A DNA stretch of 64,000 bases from the human T2T-CHM13v2.0 reference genome, Homo sapiens. Made by a program: the position numbers and the translations under genes. Numbering within the stretch: the first letter of the stretch is position 1; each line of letters opens with the position of its first letter. Under the pieces are notes generated by a model, which worked only from the letters and a program-made list of their open reading frames with translations, was not told the origin of the DNA and did not search any database. The stretch lies in NCBI RefSeq assembly GCF_009914755.1, contig NC_060943.1. One strand, written 5' to 3'. This document shows positions 58,184 to 64,000 of this stretch, piece by piece.

Positions 58184-58524
58184 AATCCTAATAAGGTGAG
58201 AAGCCAAATCTTTTGAAAAATCAAAATAAGAGTGTCTAGGGGCTGACTGCATGACAGCCCCAGTTCCAGCCTTTTTTCCTTGTGATTCTACTCAGCTGCC
58301 TCAAGTCTAAGCCCCTCAACACTGTGTAAAGTAGCCCCAAAGTGCAGACACTGAAGCTACGGGAGGAACGAGCTGCACACAGTGGGCTACTTGGAACATT
58401 TCCAAAGGCTGCATCTGCTCTAGCACAGTAGTTGGAACTCGATTTTTCCCAAAGGAAGCTAGTATCAGGTCCTGCTGTGGCCTGTGGAAACACACTGTCA
58501 ACTTACAGGTTAAGAAACCGAATT

Positions 58525-59131
58525 TTAGAGTGTAAATTAGTTCAACCGTTGAACTAATGGTTCACATTGAAAGCAGTGTGGCAATTCCTCAAAGAGTTAA
58601 AAGCAGAACTACCATTTGGACCAGCAATCCCGTTACTAAGTATATACCCAGAGGAATTAAAGCATTCTATCATAAAGACACATGCATGCGAATGTTCACT
58701 GCAGCACTATTCACAATAGCAAAGACATGGAATCAACCTAAATGCCCATCAATGACAGGCTGGATAAACAAAATGTGGTACGTATATACCGTGGAATACT
58801 ATGCAGCCATGAAAAAGAATGAGATTCTGTCTTTTACAGGGGCTGTTATCCTTAGCAAACTAACACAAGGACAGAAAACCATGTTCTCACTTATAAATGG
58901 GAGCTAAATGATGAGAACTCATGAGCACAAAGAAGGGAACATCAGAAACTGGGGTTTACTTGAAGGTGGGGGGTGGGAGGAGGGAGAGGAACAGAAAATA
59001 TAAGCTTTGGGTACTGGGCTTAATACCGGGTGATGAAATATCTGGACACCAAACCCCTGTGACACGAGTTTACCTATGTAACAAACCACATGTACCCCTG
59101 AACTGAAAATAAAAGATTAAAAAAAAAAAAA
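58525..59131 (+). mobile_element. 5'-truncated L1PA (old, L1PA15/16-like) 3' end with poly(A)
   Basis: ORF2 C-terminal remnant (FTIAKTWNQPKCPS), L1 3'UTR and poly(A); TSD aagaaaccgaatt at 58512 and 59132. Confidence 0.9.
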
Positions 59132-59597
59132 AAGAAACCGAATTGCAAAGGTTACCATTCTTGACATCCAAGATAAAACCTTAACTGAAACAAAGCAAGC
59201 TGCAGAATAGCTTGCAGCTTCCACTTTTCTGGGGGGAAAAATAAACCTCTTTAAATATACATTTGTAGGTGTATAGAAAGAAGTTAGGAGGACTTCACAT
59301 CAAAGTGTTAATGGTGGGTTCTCACTTTGTGGGAAGGGGGATAATTTGCACTTTTTAATTTATATACTCTTGTATTTTGGACTTTTTAAAGAGATGAGTA
59401 TATATTTATTAATTTTATAGTTTTTAAATTATAAAAATATGTTGTCACTTCAATTTTATAGTTTTATAAACTGTAAATTGTTTTAAGTCACTTGAATTTA
59501 CTCTACAAATTATATAATGCTATAATGGATGACATATTTTTATAATAACTTCAAAATGCTTTTCAGTGACCGTATTTTCCAAATAAAAAAATCTGGA

Positions 59598-60760
<1,163 letters not shown>

Positions 60761-60810
60761 AGGGAAATGCAAATAGATTTTAAACATGCTTAAAAATGCT
60801 AATTCTCTGA

Positions 60811-60860
60811 AAATGATATACAAATTGATATACAAAATGATATACTAAATGATATACAAA
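60811..60860. repeat. ~12-bp tandem repeat (aaatgatatac-like) x4
   Basis: Directly visible. Confidence 0.85.
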
Positions 60861-61033
60861 CTACACCATTGGACAGGTGAAGTTGAAAACGTATAATAAT
60901 ATGCTGGACTGGTCAATGAATAGAGCAAATAGGTAGAATTCTATATTGATACAACCTCTTTGGAGGATAATTTAGCAATACTTACCTAATTTTAAAGTGT
61001 CATTTTCCTTTCAACTTGCAATTCCACTTATAG

Positions 61034-62416
<1,383 letters not shown>

Positions 62417-62977
62417 TAGGTGCGGCAGGATTGTCCCATCCCACCTCTCTAATTAGTCTCGTCTCTACCATTTTCAGTCAAAATTCCAAAGGTCACTTGG
62501 AAGGCACATAGCCCACGAAACTGTCCAGACACTCCCTTTTGGCCAAATAACCCTCCACAGCCCAGATTCCAGTGCAGAGCCCTGGGAACCAGGGGCATGC
62601 TGTTTCCAATCCTCATCTGCTTAGCCAACAGGGAGAGGTAACAATGAACAAATTGAGTTTCAACCAGCATATCTTTAGAACCCAATTTTTGTTATAATTG
62701 ATTAGAAAATCTAGCTTACATTCCAAATGCACTCTTTTTTTTTCTTTTCTTAATCTTAGTCAAGGTGCAATAACAGTTAAACGAAAACCAGCATGAGTCA
62801 GGTTCCTATAAAACTGTCTGCTCTCAGAGTTCAGCATTTTTCTGCCGGCAGTCAGCATAGAACGGGGTTATTCTGGCCTCTTACTTTTCTAGGGGAACTC
62901 ATCATAAGACAAGCAGCTCACGTGGAATCTGACACTGACATGGAATGCACACACTGGGTGGACATTGATGGAGTTCT

Positions 62978-63252
62978 TGGGTCTCACTCTATTGCCCAGG
63001 CTGGAGTGCAGTGGTGTGATTTTGGCTCACTGCAAACTTTGCCTTCTGGGTTCAAGAGACTCTTATGCCTCAGCCACCCCATAGCTGGGATTACAGGCAC
63101 CCGCCACCATGTCTGGATAATTTTTATATTTTTAATAGAGACGGGGTTTCACCATGTTGGCCAGGCTGGTCTGAACTCCCAGCCTCAAGTGATCTGCCCA
63201 CCTCAGCCTCCCAAAGTGCTGGGATTACAGGTGTGAGCCATGTCGCTCGGCC
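62978..63252 (-). mobile_element. AluS
   Basis: Antisense dimer. Confidence 0.88.
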
Positions 63253-63379
63253 AGGGAACTCTTAAGTAGAATTTGAAAAACAGCAGCAGCAACAACGATA
63301 CACCTAGGGACATTGGAGTCAAATTGATAAAACTAAATAAAAATACAATGTTGAACATGGTCAGAAAAAACAAGACCTT

Positions 63380-63535
63380 GCATACAGGGGTGCAAATATT
63401 CAAATGACCGTGGACTTATATCAGAAATAAATGAGGCCAGAAGACAGTGAAACAACATCTTGAAAGCACTGGGAAAAAAAACCAGTCAATCCAGAATTCT
63501 GTATCTAGTGAAGATATCTTTTAAGAATAAAGGTG
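63380..63535 (+). mobile_element. L1M ORF1 fragment
   Basis: gaggccagaagacagtgaaacaacatcttgaaagcactg...ccagaattctgtatctagtgaagatatc. Confidence 0.7.

Positions 63536-64000
<465 letters not shown>

Noticed and set aside
58557-58907. 116-aa ORF resembling L1 ORF2 C-terminus
   Set aside because: Decayed 5'-truncated L1 remnant, not a gene.

Overview
Human (primate) genomic DNA containing the intronless CEBPA gene on the minus strand (19q13.11, between SLC7A10 and CEBPG by recalled gene order; neither is in the window). The p42 CDS is 47110-48186. Also readable are the GUG-initiated extended isoform (48291), the 5-codon regulatory uORF (48194-48211), the p30 start (47829), the TATA/Inr promoter (inferred TSS ~48306) and a non-canonical poly(A) site (~45706). 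A large CpG island covers the gene and the divergent lncRNA CEBPA-DT/ADINR. The rest is non-coding: about 40 Alus, L1/L2/MIR/LTR/MER fossils and microsatellites. Between these sit compact transcription-factor motif clusters whose distances match CEBPA 3' enhancers I recall from the literature (+42, +39, +34, +21, +9 kb), plus endoderm-type clusters I cannot tie to a described element (+32, +26, -4 kb). All other ORFs in the track are GC-rich or repeat-derived noise. I found no new protein-coding system. The best unexplained signals are: a hairpin plus U15 tract ~3.5 kb downstream of the TSS (candidate ecCEBPA 3' end); an HNF1/DR1/FOXA module at +26 kb; a young 107-bp local duplication that splits an ETS:AP-1 composite; an LTR-supplied poly(A) signal for CEBPA-DT; and stacked miRNA seeds in the 3'UTR. 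Repeat boundaries and subfamilies are by-eye estimates, and literature links are from memory and unverified.
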